64,000 nt of DNA from Bugula neritina. Its lineage: Eukaryota > Animalia > Bryozoa. Made by a program: the position numbers and the translations under genes. The DNA is taken from the NCBI GenBank assembly GCA_964035545.1, contig OZ037765.1, positions 34,409,504-34,473,503 of the forward strand, written 5' to 3'. Shown one piece after another: positions 11,226-25,087 of this stretch. How positions within the stretch are numbered: the stretch's first letter is position 1; the number at the start of each line of letters is the position of its first letter. The notes under the pieces were generated by a model. The model was not told the DNA's origin, made no database searches, and worked only from the letters and a program-made list of their open reading frames with translations.

Positions 11226-14200
11226 ATGGCTACTACCAGTAAAACAACCTCAACTACAATAAATGATACTTGGGCCATTGCTTCCTTTGCAAAGGCGAAT
11301 GAATTTTTGGGATTCTCTTCGTTCGACACTAGCAATGTTATTTTGACAAATAGGCAGTCTATGTCAATATATAAGGTAGTATCTTTCATTTTCTGTATTG
11401 CTAATTTGAAGAGTTTTTATAAATATAATAATTATTAATTATAATATTAATAATAATAATAAAATTAATATTGTTGTACTAGTAGTAGTACAGTACTATT
11501 AGACACTAGTATAAGTATAACTACAACCAGTAGTAGTTATAGTAGTATTAGTACTACTACAACTACTAGTAGTATTACTACTAGTACTAGTACTAAACGC
11601 TAAAACAGTAACCAGTGCCCAGTTTAGAGGCAGCAGACGTTGTAGTAGTACAGGTCCTACCAGTCTACTACTACTAGTACTAGTGGTAGACTGGTAGGAC
11701 TTGTACTTTGACTCGCAGTAAAAGTACTACTTATACGTAGTTACACTTTGACTTTCAGTATTTTTGCCTTTAGTTTTAGTGTTCGTAGTACTAGACCAAC
11801 TACTACTTAATCTAGTTTATTTCTAACAGTAACTGACTAACTCTAGTAACTGGAACTGGTGTGAGTATATCTAAACTAAGATTAGTAAAAACACAACCTT
11901 CAGTTAGTTACTGTAACACTAACTATTAGTTAGAGTCTACTTCATGACTTGTATTTGTACGAATAGTGATAATCACAGTTTGAATAACTCAATAACTAAT
12001 AACTATAGGTATAAGCAAAGCTAAGTTAAAGTGTTTTACTTTTAGTAAAATTAAGTAACAAATCACTATAACTGACTAAGCACTCAGTCAAAGTCATTTA
12101 CGGTCGCTAGAAAGTGAAATGTGCTATAACAGTACAGTCAATTCAGCATAGTGACGCCGAGTCAAGCAGTTATTAATTATTATGATAATGGATGTAAACA
12201 CGCAGGAATTGTTTAAACTTGATTTTGAATTGACTAATTCGTAATAACTATAAGTATTGGATTAAATCAGTTGATACTCGCGTTTTAATTAAGCCTTTCG
12301 GTGAATGGCACTGGGTCCTAATACATATTTAAAGTAAATTTCAGTGATAACTATTGAGTATTGAAATGTGATGACACACATTTACTAACTTAGCCTTTAA
12401 TTACTTTAAAATTTATTTTATTCATACTCGGTCGTTGAGTAATTAGCATAAATCAACCACTGTAGTTCAATTCTAAATCGTACTCAATCACGATAACCTT
12501 TATGTTTTTGCTAAACTAAATCTAAATGGCCTTAAAATTTATGCCATGATGAGTTGTTTGTATCGCTTTTAAAATGATTTTAGAATTTTGCTATCAAGTT
12601 GAGAAAATAAATTTAGTTATTTCAGAGTTTCACCGGCCTGGATGAGTATTCTCTGCAGTACAGCCTCTTTCTCATATAAATCTTTGTGGAATAAATTATT
12701 ACTGAAAGTTAAGGCAATAATAACTTTACATGTGTTTATATGCTTCATTCATGAGAGTAGTTCTCTGTTTAGAATATTATTAAATACTAGAGTTTGAGTT
12801 GTGATAAACTTAGGTGAGTGATCAGCAGACAGTATCAAGTTTTACTCTCAAATCAGAGAGCAGTTTCTGTCTGCCTGTGGTTTATGATCACGAAGAAGAA
12901 CATTATGTTGGTTTGGTTGAGAATCTTGGAAAGAGGAGACTTTGTGTCTGGACAAATGAACTTTCTAACTACAAGGACTGGAAGAAGAAACTGGTAAATC
13001 TCTCACTTTGAGTATTTCAGTTGTTTTGTGATTTATAAGATAATATGTTTACAATAACACAATTTGTTGGTCATTTGGTGAAGTATATTTATAGCATTGG
13101 AAATGTTGAAGTGGTGAGAATAGAATATAGAGAATGATAACCTAATGATGATTGGTTCATAATACAAGTGTAACTGTTGTAGTTATCAACTGAGGTGACT
13201 GAACTGGTAGAAGTAGAGAAGACAGAACCACTGGTGGTCACATCTAATAACTGTGTGTGCTGGTTGTCTCATGTGGAGGACATTTCACGGTCTGTCCATC
13301 TGCTGCCTCCAGATCTGAGAGATGCTGACGTGGAGATTAGTCAGTTTAAAAGTTACAGATGGAGTAATAGAACTGAGATTGTCTACATTGTGACTGTTGA
13401 TGTGAGTATCACAATGTGTCAGTATGGTGTCACAATGTGTCAGTATGGTGTCACAATGTGTCAGTATGATGTCACAATGTGTCAGTATGATGTCACAGTA
13501 ATCAGTATGGTGTCACAATGTGTCAGTATGGTGTCACAATGTGTCAGTATGATGTCACAATGTGTCAGTATGGTGTCAAAGTAGAGTGTCGCAGTAGAGT
13601 GTCACAATAGTCAGTCAGGTGTCACAGTAGAGTGTCACAGTAGAGTGTCACAGTAGAGTGTCACAGTTGTTGACATGCATCATAATCATTGCTGTTGAAA
13701 TATCTACAGTTTCTGTTGTGTTATTTCAGGGACGACACCTTGTATATAAGTTACAGTTCAACGACAAGCAGGTGTTTGGCAAGTCTACGCAGGTGTTTCT
13801 CAACTACACAGATGTGACATCAGTGTGTAGAGTTGTCCCTCACGCTGAGTCTAATTACATTGCTACTAGTGAGTCTGATACTATTGAATATATACTGTGT
13901 CTCTGTATGACGTCACCTTTACAATAACCAGTTTATCTGAAATACTCTATACAGGTGGTAAGGGTGAGATACTATACTCTACCGGTACATCTGAAGAAGT
14001 TATTTCCTCTCTCAACTCACAGTTTTCTACTCAGTGTGTCTCTCTTCACCTACTAGACTCTGACCAGCTTCTCATTGCAACATCTCACAGCTCTACGAAT
14101 ACAGGCTAGTATAGTTTACCTTTTCTGAACATGATTGTTCTAGTAAAGTAGTTCTACTGTAACTGTATGCCTCCTTCACTTGAATATGAGTAGATGTAAG

Positions 14201-17200
14201 CCAATCAGTGTAGCTGTTCTCATAGCACCTGTTTAGACGTGTCACAGCTCAAGTATGGTGACATGTGCTGGTCTTGTAGGTGTCTTACTTATATTCAGTA
14301 TCAAGTTCAGAACTACGAGGGTTCTAAAGAGTCTGGACAGTGAGCTCTACGGTGATAAACCTGTGACTCTTCTACCTCCATACATACTGACTCACACGGA
14401 GAGCTCATTGCAGGCTCACTCATATAAGTACAGCAAGTTGACACTAAGGAGCATGATGGGCAGTTTGAGACTGTCTGCTGATTCTGAGTTGGTGAGTCAC
14501 CAGGTTATTCAGTGAGTTACCAGGTTATTCAGTGAGTTACCAGGTTATTCAGTGAGTCACCAGGTTATTCAGTGAGTTACCAGGTTATTCAGTGAGTTAC
14601 CAGGTTATTCAGTGAGTTACCAGGTTATTCAGTGAGTTACCAGGTTATTTAGTGAGTTACCCGGTTATTTAGTGAGTTACCCGGTTATTCAGTGAGTTAC
14701 CAGGTTATTCAGTGAGTTACCAGGTTATTCAGTGAGTTACCAGGTTATTCAGTGAGTTACCAGGTTATTCAGTGAGTTACCAGGTTATTCAGTGAGTCAC
14801 CAGGTTATTCAGTGAGTTACCAGGTTATTATTCACTGAGTCACTTAAGAGAAGCTGTACTAAATCATCGTAGCATGAACCATCTGCATTTGTTTCTAATG
14901 ATATTCAATTCTCTTGTTTAGACTAAAGCTGAAGAACTCAACTCCTGTATGATGTATTTAGAAACTCAAGCTAAGGTGTGTAGCTGTGACGTTGAACTTT
15001 AACCTCTTAGTGCACATAACTCCCTGACTACTGTTCTACTTGAGATTTTATGTTTAGAATGGACAAGAGTTGGTGGAGGAGTTGGCCAAGTATGATAGGA
15101 GTTTGTTATTAGAAGTTGTGCTTTCCTATGCATCCCTAACCTCCATGAGATGGCGCTCCTCTGTGGTTCTAAGGCTACTCAGTTATCTTACCTTACCTTC
15201 ACAGTGAGTTACTATATATTACTCTACTCAGTTACTCTCTCACTGAGTTACTATATACTACTCTACTCAGTTACTCTCACACTGAGTTACTATATACTAC
15301 TCTACTCAGTTACTCTCTCACTGAGTTACTATATACTACTCTACTCAGTTACTCTCACACTGAGTTACTATATACTACTCTACTCAGTTACTCTCACACT
15401 GAGTTACTACATACTACTCTACTCAGTTACTCTCACACTGAGTTACTATGTACTATACAGTATCTACTATCCAGATGTCTTCTTGTTACAGACTTGTGTT
15501 GGCTGTCGCAGATGCAGCAGTGAGACACGCTGACTCAGATCTGGTGAAATATTTAACATTTGTTAGAGAGGAGCTGCCTGAATCAGCCATTGTCTCTCTC
15601 CTCACACATTACATCAAGTAGGTATCTCTTAGCTCTATCTCTAGTCTCAACTCTGAGTTTAAATCTTTTGAGTAAGAGTTATTTACTCAATGCAGTCCAG
15701 TGGGTATGACTAAAATGGGTGGCCACCCAGTGTCGCAGTCTGTGACACCCATTTTAGTCAAATGGGGAGGTTTTGACTGAAATGGGTGTTGCGAAAAAGT
15801 TTCGTTTCATTTTCAGATTTTTAGACAGCTGTGACTGTTGAGATTATTGTTAAATGGATCTTCAGTGAATAATGAACATCTCACAATCGTTTAAACCAAA
15901 AAAACATAAATAAAGATAAAGTTGAAATAATTAAAACAAAAACCAAATTTGTCAAGAGTTATCTTTCCTCATCAAAACTTTAATTTCCACTTAATTTTAT
16001 TGTTATTGTTATGATCATAGACATGCCGACTTATAAAATATATACTTTAAGCTAGTAAAAATGCTGGGAGTAATATTGGAAAAACAAAAATGTTCACAAA
16101 GTTTTAAAAAAAACGAATACTTTCCCCGACACCCATTTCAGTTAAAATAACCCAGGATGACTAAAATGAATGTCAAAAGAATTTCTGGTTTGCATTTAGC
16201 ATTGAGGACAGATATAATTTTACAATTGACATTATTAGACTGCTTTTTGTCACACCCCAGTCCAGCTACCCTCCAATGATTGCACTGCTGTGAGTTTAGT
16301 TTGAGGTTTGAGAATTGCTTTTCTTTTCAAACTTCTCCAACATACGAGAGTTTCACTGAGTGTATTGATGTAATTTGTGTTTTATAGGAATATTCCCCAG
16401 TCTGATGTTACCATGGATACTGATAGCAGCGGACATGATAGTGGAATACTAGACATCCCCTGTGAGCTGATAACTCCCATGTTAGTTGTACTCTTATCTT
16501 ATTCTCTTCCTATCTTGACCTGGTATTGTCAGTATTTCTTTCTAAAGAATGTTGTGTCTTCTAACCATTTACACTATACTGTTGATAGGGATAAGTAATT
16601 CCTTAAACTCTCAGTCTTTAAGTATTACTTTTCTATCCTGAGTAGCTTACTCAAAGGATGTTTGAATAAAGAAGGCTTTAGTAATTCTAGTGAATGCTCA
16701 ATCACTGGCTTTCCATGTATCGATCTCAGATCTGAGAAATGTGCTAAGATCGATCATTTTTCCATGAAAGTGTCAGATAGATCTCACGGAGTTACCTCCT
16801 CTTAAGTGAAAGATACTTTAATAGTATAATTTGCTGACCCATCTAACTGATTAAAGCTACTGCTGTCAAAAAAAAACAAGATTGTTGCAGTCTAAAAATT
16901 AACGCCAGCTATAAACTACACGCAGCAAATTTTTTAGCGTGGAGTAAATTTGCCAATTTATGATGATCTATTTTAATTTTTTAGCTTGACAGCTTATATA
17001 AAATTAATAGCTGTCTTGCAGATTATTCATAAACTTACAGGATTGTTAGGCTTGAAAATAGGCAGCAAATAGCTAATGAAAGCAAGTTTTACTAGCCATT
17101 TAAATTCAATTTAAATGCTCCCATTTTTTGTCTGGTCTATAATTTTATATAATTGAGTTTTCTTAATCATAGTACTGAAAGTTGAAGTTTTGGCATCTGA

Positions 17201-20200
17201 AAATGTGGCTATTGTAATTATTAAGTAATTTGCTTAGTAATTAACAATAAGTTATCATTTTTAAAAGCAGACGACATTTTAGCAAACAGTCTTTTTCTAC
17301 TTCTCAGATTGATCTTTTGTTTTTCCATGGTCTTATTGCCTTGAGATCGATCTGAGTTCAAGCTCTACAGACCGACCAGCTCAGAATGACTGAGATCGAT
17401 CTTTGACGTCTTTCCATGGAAAGACGTCAAAGATCTATCTCAGCGAGATCGATCTGAGATCGACACATGGAAAGCCGGTGATTAGCTTCCCTTCTTATTA
17501 TCACTTGTATGTAATTACCTTTGTGGTTGGCTACACTTCTTTCTATTGCTTTGTACTAATAATTTTGTGATATATATACTCTTTCAAAAGGCTTTTTGTT
17601 ATGATTAGGTAAGTTGTATTAAGTGAATCTTCCACATCAAAGAGTTTCGGTGAAGCTATCACAGGGATTCAGCTGAAACTCAGTATGGGTCATTTTACTT
17701 AATTTAGTACACACTGAAATCTCCAGTTTTTAGCTATTTTTCAATATTTAGCTGGTAATGAACATGGCTTTTTGCCTAAAACTAGTAAAACACCAATAAA
17801 TACACCGAAACAATTAAGGTTCTTCTTAGTTTTACTTGATTTCTCATGTTTTTGCTTATTCATTTAGCTTATTAGGAGTTCAGACTATTAAGAAAACCGT
17901 AACAGTCTGCAACCGAAAGTAGCTGAATAATTAGGAAGAAACATGGGAAATGAAGCAAAATTAAAAAGAACTTGGCTTATTTAGGTGTATATATTGGTGT
18001 TTTGCTAGTTTTGACCAAAAACCCATGTTCATTAGCAGTTAAATCGTGAAAAATAACTAAAAACTGAAGATATATAGTGTGTACTAAATTAAGTAAAATG
18101 ACCAGTATGGTAAATGTGTGAAAAAGAGTACCGAGTTTCAGTTAATTTCACTTGTCGGAGCACCCGTTATAGTTTTACTAAAACTTGCTTAAATCATATT
18201 GATGCAGAAGCTCACTTTTACCTCATTCACACTTGCTGTACCTTAATGTAAAATATCAGCCATTTTTAATGTTTCTGGGCTAATGTTTTCAAAGTCCGAT
18301 ATTGGGTTCGATCTATGCAACTTCATTGGACAATTAATCCCAATGAGTTGATGCAAAAGTTGTTTTGTCCAATAGGAGCCCACCACAACTTGTTTGAATC
18401 AAGGCTTTTTTTAGTAGGTCGTCTGGTCGGCAGAGTAATAACTTATCATCTAGCTCTGCAAGGATTTTTATTTCTCTTAGACTCTTATTCTCGGGTCAGT
18501 TGGTCAAGTTATTACAAAACAAAAGTTTAGCCGGGTGCCTTCTACAATGCAAAGGCAATTTTCAAGGGTTTCTCTCAACCAAATTGACTTTTTGACTATA
18601 AGTGGCTAAGGTATAAACTCACCTTATGTAAGTTTATGTAACAAGAGCTTTTACTGATAGTTCTAACACTTTATGTCTACTTATTACTAAACACATGATG
18701 CCCCTTAAGAGGGGAAAGAGCTGAGTCTATCTAATCTATGGTTTATACTGCACAGGTTCCTTCTCTCTTCTCCCCCATTGATCAATACTACATCCTCAGT
18801 GTCTGTTGCTAGGTGACGATGTGTTGGTAGGTGATGATGTGTTGTTAGGTGATAATGTGTTGCCAGGTGATGGTGCGTTGTTAGGTGATGATGTGTTGTT
18901 GGGTGATGATGTGTTGCTAGGTGACGGTGCGTTGCTAGGTGACGGTATGTTGCTAGGTGATGATGTGTTGCCAGGTGATGGTGTGTTGCTAGGTGATATA
19001 TTACATTTGTGTTTATATTTCAGAGAGACCCTTCTGAGCAAAGACATAACAGATGTGTATGCTGTAGAAGCTGTTAGGAGGATGGACTTTGACCATGTGC
19101 TGGTTCGTTTATATTACGTCATATACTTACTATATTACGTCATATACTTACTATATTACCTCATATACTCACTATATTACATCATATACTCACTATATTA
19201 CATCATATACTCACTATATTACATCATATACTCACTATATTACGTCATATACTTACTATATTACATTATATACTTACTATATTACATCATATACTCACTA
19301 TATTACCTCATATACTTACTATATCACATCATATACTCACTATATTACGTCATATACTTACTATATTACATCATATACTCACTATATTACGTCATATACT
19401 CACTATATTACGTCATATACTCACTATATTACGTCATATACTCACTATGTTACGTCATATACTTACTATATTACATCATATACTCACTATATTACATCAT
19501 ATACTTACTATATTACCTCATATACTCACTATATTACGTCATATACTCACTATATTACGTCATATACTCATTATATTACGTCATATACTTACTATATTAC
19601 ATCATATACTTACTATATTACATCATATACTTACTATATTACATCATATACTCACTATATTACGTCATATACTCACTATATTACGTCATATATTCACTAT
19701 ATTACGTCATATACTCACTGTATTACGTCATATACTTACTATATTACGTCATATACTCACTATATTACGTCATATACTCACTGTATTACGTCATATACTT
19801 ACTATATTACGTCATATACTCACTATATTACGTCATATACTTACTATATTACGTCATATACTTACTATATTACATCATATACTCACTATGTTACGTCATA
19901 TACTCACTATATTACGTCATATACTCACTATATTACGTCATATACTTACTATATTACGTCATATATTACCACATATAATACATGCAGGTTCTACTGAAAC
20001 ATCTTAACACCCTGCTATCAGATGTGAGAATACCGGATGCTGATTGGATACTGGATGGTGAGAGGATGTGCCGGTGGTGTACCGTCATTCTGGATGCTCA
20101 CTCAACTCAACTCATTCTCTCTAATCAGGCGCAACTTCTGGTCAGCTTGCACGAGAACATCAGACGGCAGGTGAATATCTACCTATAGTATTGTTACGGT

Positions 20201-20548
20201 ACACATACTGCTAGTATTGTTACGGTACATATACTGCTAATGTTGTTGCGGTACACATACTGCTAGTATTGTTACGGTACACATACTGCTAATGTTGTTG
20301 CGGTACACATACTGCTAGTATTGTTACGGTACACATACTCCTAGTATTGTTACGGTACACATACTCCTAGTATTGTTACGGTACACATACTGCTAGTATT
20401 GTTACAGTACACATACTGCTGTTGTCAGGTGGAGTTACACGGAGAGATACGGAAGCTGGGGGCAGCCATACACGCTCTGAGTAAACCACCTCAAAGTAAA
20501 CCATCAGCTGGAAGATACAGTATAGAAGTTGTCCCCTTCTACTACTAA
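11226..20548 (+). CDS. NOL11: Nucleolar protein 11 (multi-exon)
   Basis: Exon 11226-11375 spliced to 12814 gives SIYK|VSDQQTVSSFTLK...LPVVYD...YVGLVE...LCVWTNE, resembling human NOL11 ILYKVSDQKPLGSWSVK...PAV...YVVV...LRIWNNE. C-terminal exons WCTVILDAHSTQLIL and GRYSIEVVPFYY* (TAA 20546-20548) resemble LLLDAHFT and GLYSIEVLELF. Internal exon limits only partly resolved. Confidence 0.85.
13402..13670. repeat. 21-bp then 14-bp minisatellites starting at a NOL11 donor site
   Basis: GTGAGTATCACAATGT followed by (GTCAGTATGGTGTCACAATGT)n and (GTGTCACAGTAGA-like)n. Confidence 0.85.
14492..14830. repeat. 20-bp minisatellite (GTGAGTTACCAGGTTATTCA) x ~17 beginning exactly at a NOL11 donor
   Basis: The first unit starts at the GT of the intron (14492). 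Confidence 0.92.
15200..15450. repeat. 39-bp intronic minisatellite in NOL11
   Basis: Unit CACTGAGTTACTATATACTACTCTACTCAGTTACTCTCA-like, ~6 copies. Confidence 0.85.
15687..16206. mobile_element. Probable degenerate non-autonomous DNA transposon with subterminal repeats
   Basis: Short imperfect terminal inverted match (CTCAATGC...GCATTGAG) and a TGACTAAAATGGGTGTC-like motif repeated in both orientations near both ends. Confidence 0.4.
16702..17481. mobile_element. MITE with ~31-bp terminal inverted repeats (superfamily uncertain, possibly PIF/Harbinger-like)
   Basis: Left TCACTGGCTTTCCATGTATCGATCTCAGATC, right GATCTGAGATCGACACATGGAAAGCCGGTGA. Internal AGATCGATCT and TTTCCATGG subrepeats. No ORF. 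Confidence 0.8.
17689..18102. mobile_element. Foldback/Mutator-like non-autonomous element with ~200-bp inverted arms and 8-bp target-site duplication CAGTATGG
   Basis: GTCATTTTACTTAATTTAGTACACACT ... AGTGTGTACTAAATTAAGTAAAATGAC; CAGTATGG at 17681-17688 and 18103-18110. A 6-bp AGTATG duplication with GG..CC ends is an equivalent reading. Confidence 0.85.
18805..19000. repeat. 18-bp minisatellite (GTGTTGCTAGGTGATGAT) upstream of a NOL11 acceptor
   Basis: About 11 visible units. Confidence 0.85.
19110..19970. repeat. 21-bp minisatellite (TATATTACGTCATATACTCAC) x ~41 filling almost an entire NOL11 intron
   Basis: Runs from just after the donor (~19103) to just before the acceptor (~19987). Confidence 0.92.
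20186..20420. repeat. 27-bp minisatellite (TAGTATTGTTACGGTACACATACTGC-like) in the last NOL11 intron
   Basis: About 9 visible units. Confidence 0.88.
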
Positions 20549-20806
20549 CTCTACTAGATAGAGTATCTGTGTATAGAAGTTGTGTTGCTACTGCATAACC
20601 ACACTTTGTGCATACTGTGTAGAAATATTTTATTCATCTGTTAAAATAAAGCTTGTAATACATAATAAAGCTGAAAAACTTCGTTTTTACATAACTGAGA
20701 AACTTTAAAGTACCCACTAGTCTAAAAACATTTACCTATATGAAAGAAACCTGCTATATGCAAGCTGGACTCATCTTTACAAGATGAGGAAAATGTTGAC
20801 TGGACG

Positions 20807-22866
20807 TCAAACAGTTGTAGTTTTACAATAACTCCGCCCTCGGGTTGGTAAATTTGAAGAGGTCAATTCTGGCAATGAGATCTCTGTGAATTTGCTATAC
20901 GAACTTCTGTGAGGGTTTGCAGTTTGAAATTGGAGAGGAGGTGCAATTGTCTCTCCTTCTAGTATGTCACTCTCACTCAGTGCTGTTGGAGTTGTCTCTC
21001 CTTCTAGTATGTTGCTCTCACTCAATGCTGTTAGAGTTGTCTCTCCTTCCAGTATGTTACTCTCACTCAATATTGTTGGAGTTGTCTCCATGTTAGCAAG
21101 GGTTGTCTTCTCACTCTTGGATGAGATTCCCTTTATATTAGAATGTGATTCTGCCCCACATAGCATAGTGAGCTGAGTTGTGTCTCTAACAATAGGAAAT
21201 GCAGGTGACATAGGGAAAGACAACTCTTCAATACCATAGGCACTGCTTCCACTCCGGTTGCGTGATTGGCGCCTGAAAAAGTTACGAATTCGCTCCGACC
21301 TGGATTTATGAGCACTGATTCGAGCGTGCTTTCTCTTGACGCTCTCTTTGTGACGGATTATGAAAAGATAGACTGAGAGAACGCCGGAGATCTCATCGAG
21401 ACAGAAGGCTATGCTCATCATGATAAATGACGACTGGTACTGGTAAGTGAAAGAGGGCCGCTGTAAGTTTGATGATTGGGTCACATGGTTTGCCTCCCCT
21501 GTAACGGCTCCAATGAACAGAACAGAAGCTACCAGCAAGCTTAAACCTAAAAAAAATGTCAGAAACTTTCCGTTTAGTTTTTGTCATGGCCATTATATGT
21601 GTAAGTTACTTGCAGCTAACTCCTCAGAGAATAGAGCATTCAGGTCTAGCAACAATATCTTACCTGATGTTACAAACAGACATCCTGTAATAAACATGAG
21701 GTGTCTTTTTCTACCAACGCAGTAAGCCAGGAGGCAGAGAATGTCTCCTAGAACCTCCATGAAGATACTAGAGAGAGGAAACACCATCATAGTTCGCAAA
21801 CTACCTGCATGCACATGTCAAACAATACATGTATCACTATAGACTACCTGCAAACTACCTGCATGCACATGTCAGACAATGTATCACTACAGACTGCTGG
21901 GAGGAAATTCTATAATATCGTTCCCAGAATACAATGCAATGCTCTGCCAGGACCTCTCTAAATCCCAACATACACTAATTAGTAGTCTGGCTTGAGATAA
22001 AAGTGCATATCAAGAGAACAAAGCTTAGTTAATTCAATAATTACAGAATGCTAATAATAGATAGATGAATAAAGATAATGTAATAAATATCGTATGAATA
22101 TAGATAGATATTAATATAACATCATAGTATACAAGAATAGAGATAATATACATTAATATAAATTACTTATTATAGTTTTAAGGACTGTGTGTCCACTTTG
22201 CCCATCATCTTCCTTTACACTAGCGGCCATGTTGCTATAACATTCAACATCCGTGTAGGCCTTGTCTCCAACATCTGAAATTATACTCTAAATTTTATAA
22301 ACTTTTTTTATTTAAAATTTGAATTTTATGACTAAAAATTAGTATTGTATGTTTACATTTTGTTTTGCTTTTCAATATTCCAACTTATAAATGTCCACAC
22401 TCCTTTCAAAGATGACATACATGCTAATGATAAAATGAAGTTTGCAGAATGTTAGTAGAAAGACAAATAATGTCAATGTTGTTATAGCATAAGTAAAAGG
22501 CAATGGAATAGGCTGTCAAATAATTCCATGCCCTGTAATAGCTGACTTAAGGCAAGTGTTTACATTAAATTACCAGAGGCAGCACTTATCTGGTTTAGTA
22601 GAATATGTAGACATGCATTGAGAACCAAAGTGCCCACCAGTGAACTGTGAGCAGACTCTCCACAGACCCAAGTTAGACAGAGTGTAGACATCAGTCTGGT
22701 TGTATAGTGAGTATATATTGAGGTCACTGATCTCTCCGTCATATCTCTCAGACGTCTGTAGCCAGTGGTCAGTGGATATCGACAGCGTCAGCAGTATCGT
22801 GGATACTCCGGCGCACAGGATTGTAGAGATCATTAGCAACTTCCTCTTCTGGCACGACTCATCCAT
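20807..22866 (-). CDS. TARP/stargazin-like (voltage-gated Ca channel gamma subunit family) 4-TM protein
   Basis: Four exons, approximately 22866-22615, 22274-22167, 21807-21664 and 21546-20807. Motifs: STDHWL; GLWRVC; FPLSSIF...FITGCLFVTSG; YQYQSSFIMMSIAFCLDEISGVLSVYLFI (cf. CACNG YSYGWSF...AE..GVLAVH.FI); RS-rich segment RRQSRNRSGSS; C-terminal class I PDZ ligand KTTTV* (cf. stargazin RRTTPV). Confidence 0.85.
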
Positions 22867-23689
22867 TTCCTCTGGATTATTTCCCGTCTAAGTTACCGAG
22901 TCAAAGTGAAATGCTTGCTGTTGATTGGATATCTACCAGGAAGTAGTAGAGTAACCATTCCGAAGGCTCTCCTAATCTGGTAGAGGATTACTTTGTTAAC
23001 TCCTGTAGACTAGAGATAGCCATAGAGTCCTGCTAGCTACTCTGTGGTTCTTTATGTTACTGACTCGCTTTACTAACTCGCAACTTCCCATAAGCAATGC
23101 TAGTTGGCTAATTAGTCGTGAAATTTCTCAGCGTGTTTTCACAGAAGGGCTGGTGTTGTACTGAGAAGGGATTAATCTCATTATCATCTATTGAGTTCTT
23201 GTCACACGTCAAACTTTATTCAATAAACTCTGCTTGGCAGCACACATTCTGCTAGGCAGCACACACTCAGCGCACACCCTGCTAGGCAGCTCATACTAAA
23301 TACATACTGTCGTCTATCAAGTAGCTCCTTGTGTGTCTTACTATGTTCCACTCATGTATTAGCATCAGCTGAATGTATACTATTATGCTATATTTTAATA
23401 TAATACATTATCTATATACAGTATGCTGTTTAAGCTATGCCAAATACATTGTATCTTGTAAAATTTGTACATAACTTGGTGACAACCATACCACAATGCA
23501 TAGCGCCGAATAACATCAGTAAATATAATTTATATCTCTCATATCCCACCAACCTGCACTTTCATGTAATATATTTAAAGTTGAGCTCTGCAGTGGAGTA
23601 ATAGTAAAGTGGAGGCAATGAGCACAATGTTCCAACACCGAAAATATCATAAAGTGAGTAAATTAATAATTATGAAAAAAGCTGCTAAG

Positions 23690-23815
23690 AAAGGTGTCTG
23701 ATAAAACTGGCACAGGTAAAACTGGCACAGGTGAAACTGGCACAGGTAATAATGGCACAGGTGAAACTGGCACAGGTAAAATGGCCCAGGTAATAATGGC
23801 CCAGGTAATAATGGG
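23690..23815. repeat. 15-bp tandem repeat (GGTAAAACTGGCACA/GGTAATAATGGCACA), possibly the end of a DNA-transposon relic
   Basis: About 7 units after GGTGTCTGATAAAA; no matching opposite end found. Confidence 0.6.
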
Positions 23816-23966
23816 AATATAGAAGTATATGAGAGATAGAATAAAATGACTTGCAACTTTCTAATCTCCAGCTATACTGCGCGACATTTCTCAACTGAAC
23901 GACTGTGAGTATATATTGTAGTATCTGTGAGGTAAAAGCAGATTAGTAGTTGGGGTCGAGTGGTGA

Positions 23967-24120
23967 GTGGTTAGTAAGAATGACTCTATAAGCAGCTCTG
24001 GGTTGGGGATGAATGGGTGCTGTAGTTTGTAGTTCTCCAGTTTAGAGTTGAGCCCCTCCCAACTACTGTACTCATTCACCCCCAACTCGGAGCTGCTTAT
24101 AGAGCCATTCGTCTAGTCAC
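23967..24120. repeat. Short inverted repeat/hairpin with ~60-bp arms (MITE-like)
   Basis: GAATGACTCTATAAGCAGCTCTGGGTTGGGGATGAATG pairs with CATTCACCCCCAACTCGGAGCTGCTTATAGAGCCATTC. Confidence 0.75.
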
Positions 24121-25087
24121 TTTAAGCCCTTAAACTGAGTCCCCAATACATGCCTTGAGGCACAGTCCCTGCCCCACCCCTATCACCAGATAATATCACC
24201 AGCTATGAACTATTGCGACACAACTTTAGTATACAGTTAGTCAGCAGTAACTTTGCTGACAGCAACTGCTGCAACATCTGCCTAGTATAAGACTAGAATT
24301 GTTTCGGTTTAAATTTTCAGTTCAATTGTTGGATATGTTTGGTTTTAGTGAAACCATATAATTTTCATTAAAAGAAAAAACTAACTGTTTTTCTAATACT
24401 TCATATTAGAGATGCCATGGCGACGCCAATCTTATCTTTAAGACATTGACTGCAAAGTGAGAAAGTATGAATGGAATAAATGTATTGAGATATATCGCGG
24501 TTAAAACTCGGAGATAGAAATGTAGCCTCAGTAATAAAACTAGTCTCAACTAATTTATCGGCTAGTATATTGTATAACCTATTGACAGGACTTCTGTTTT
24601 TGGAACGCACGCTTTACAAATCAAATTAGAGCAGACACGCATGAGTAGTCAGCTACACACGCGGTCGGTCACATGACCGGTATTTTGACAACTTATTAGA
24701 AACAGAGTAGCATAATATAATATAAAATTACAGCGTAGAATTCGCATTCCAAATTCAAAGACGAATTTGATACCAACAATAGATAGAAATACTTAGTAAT
24801 GGTAAAAGATATATTGTTCAATATCAAATGTTCTTTTCACGTGCTTAATACCGTGCTCTATTCATATGCAAATAAAGCTATTGCTAGCTCAGGGCTGTCC
24901 AATAGCTGTATAGCTGAGATAATAGACCACATTGTTGAACCATAGAATTGTTGTGGGGCTATTGATCGCTATTCACTACGTTAGAATATATAGTTGAAGG
25001 GCGTAGATATGAACAGTTCGCAGTGTACTAGGTAGCAGCAGACAGACACACCCTGCGATTCATTCCATCAACTACAAGTTGGACAAA

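Noticed and set aside
18796-20007. Long ORFs of 390, 302 and 186 aa
   Set aside because: They are translations of 18-bp and 21-bp intronic minisatellites, open in several frames. Only the short embedded NOL11 exon (~19024-19102) is coding.
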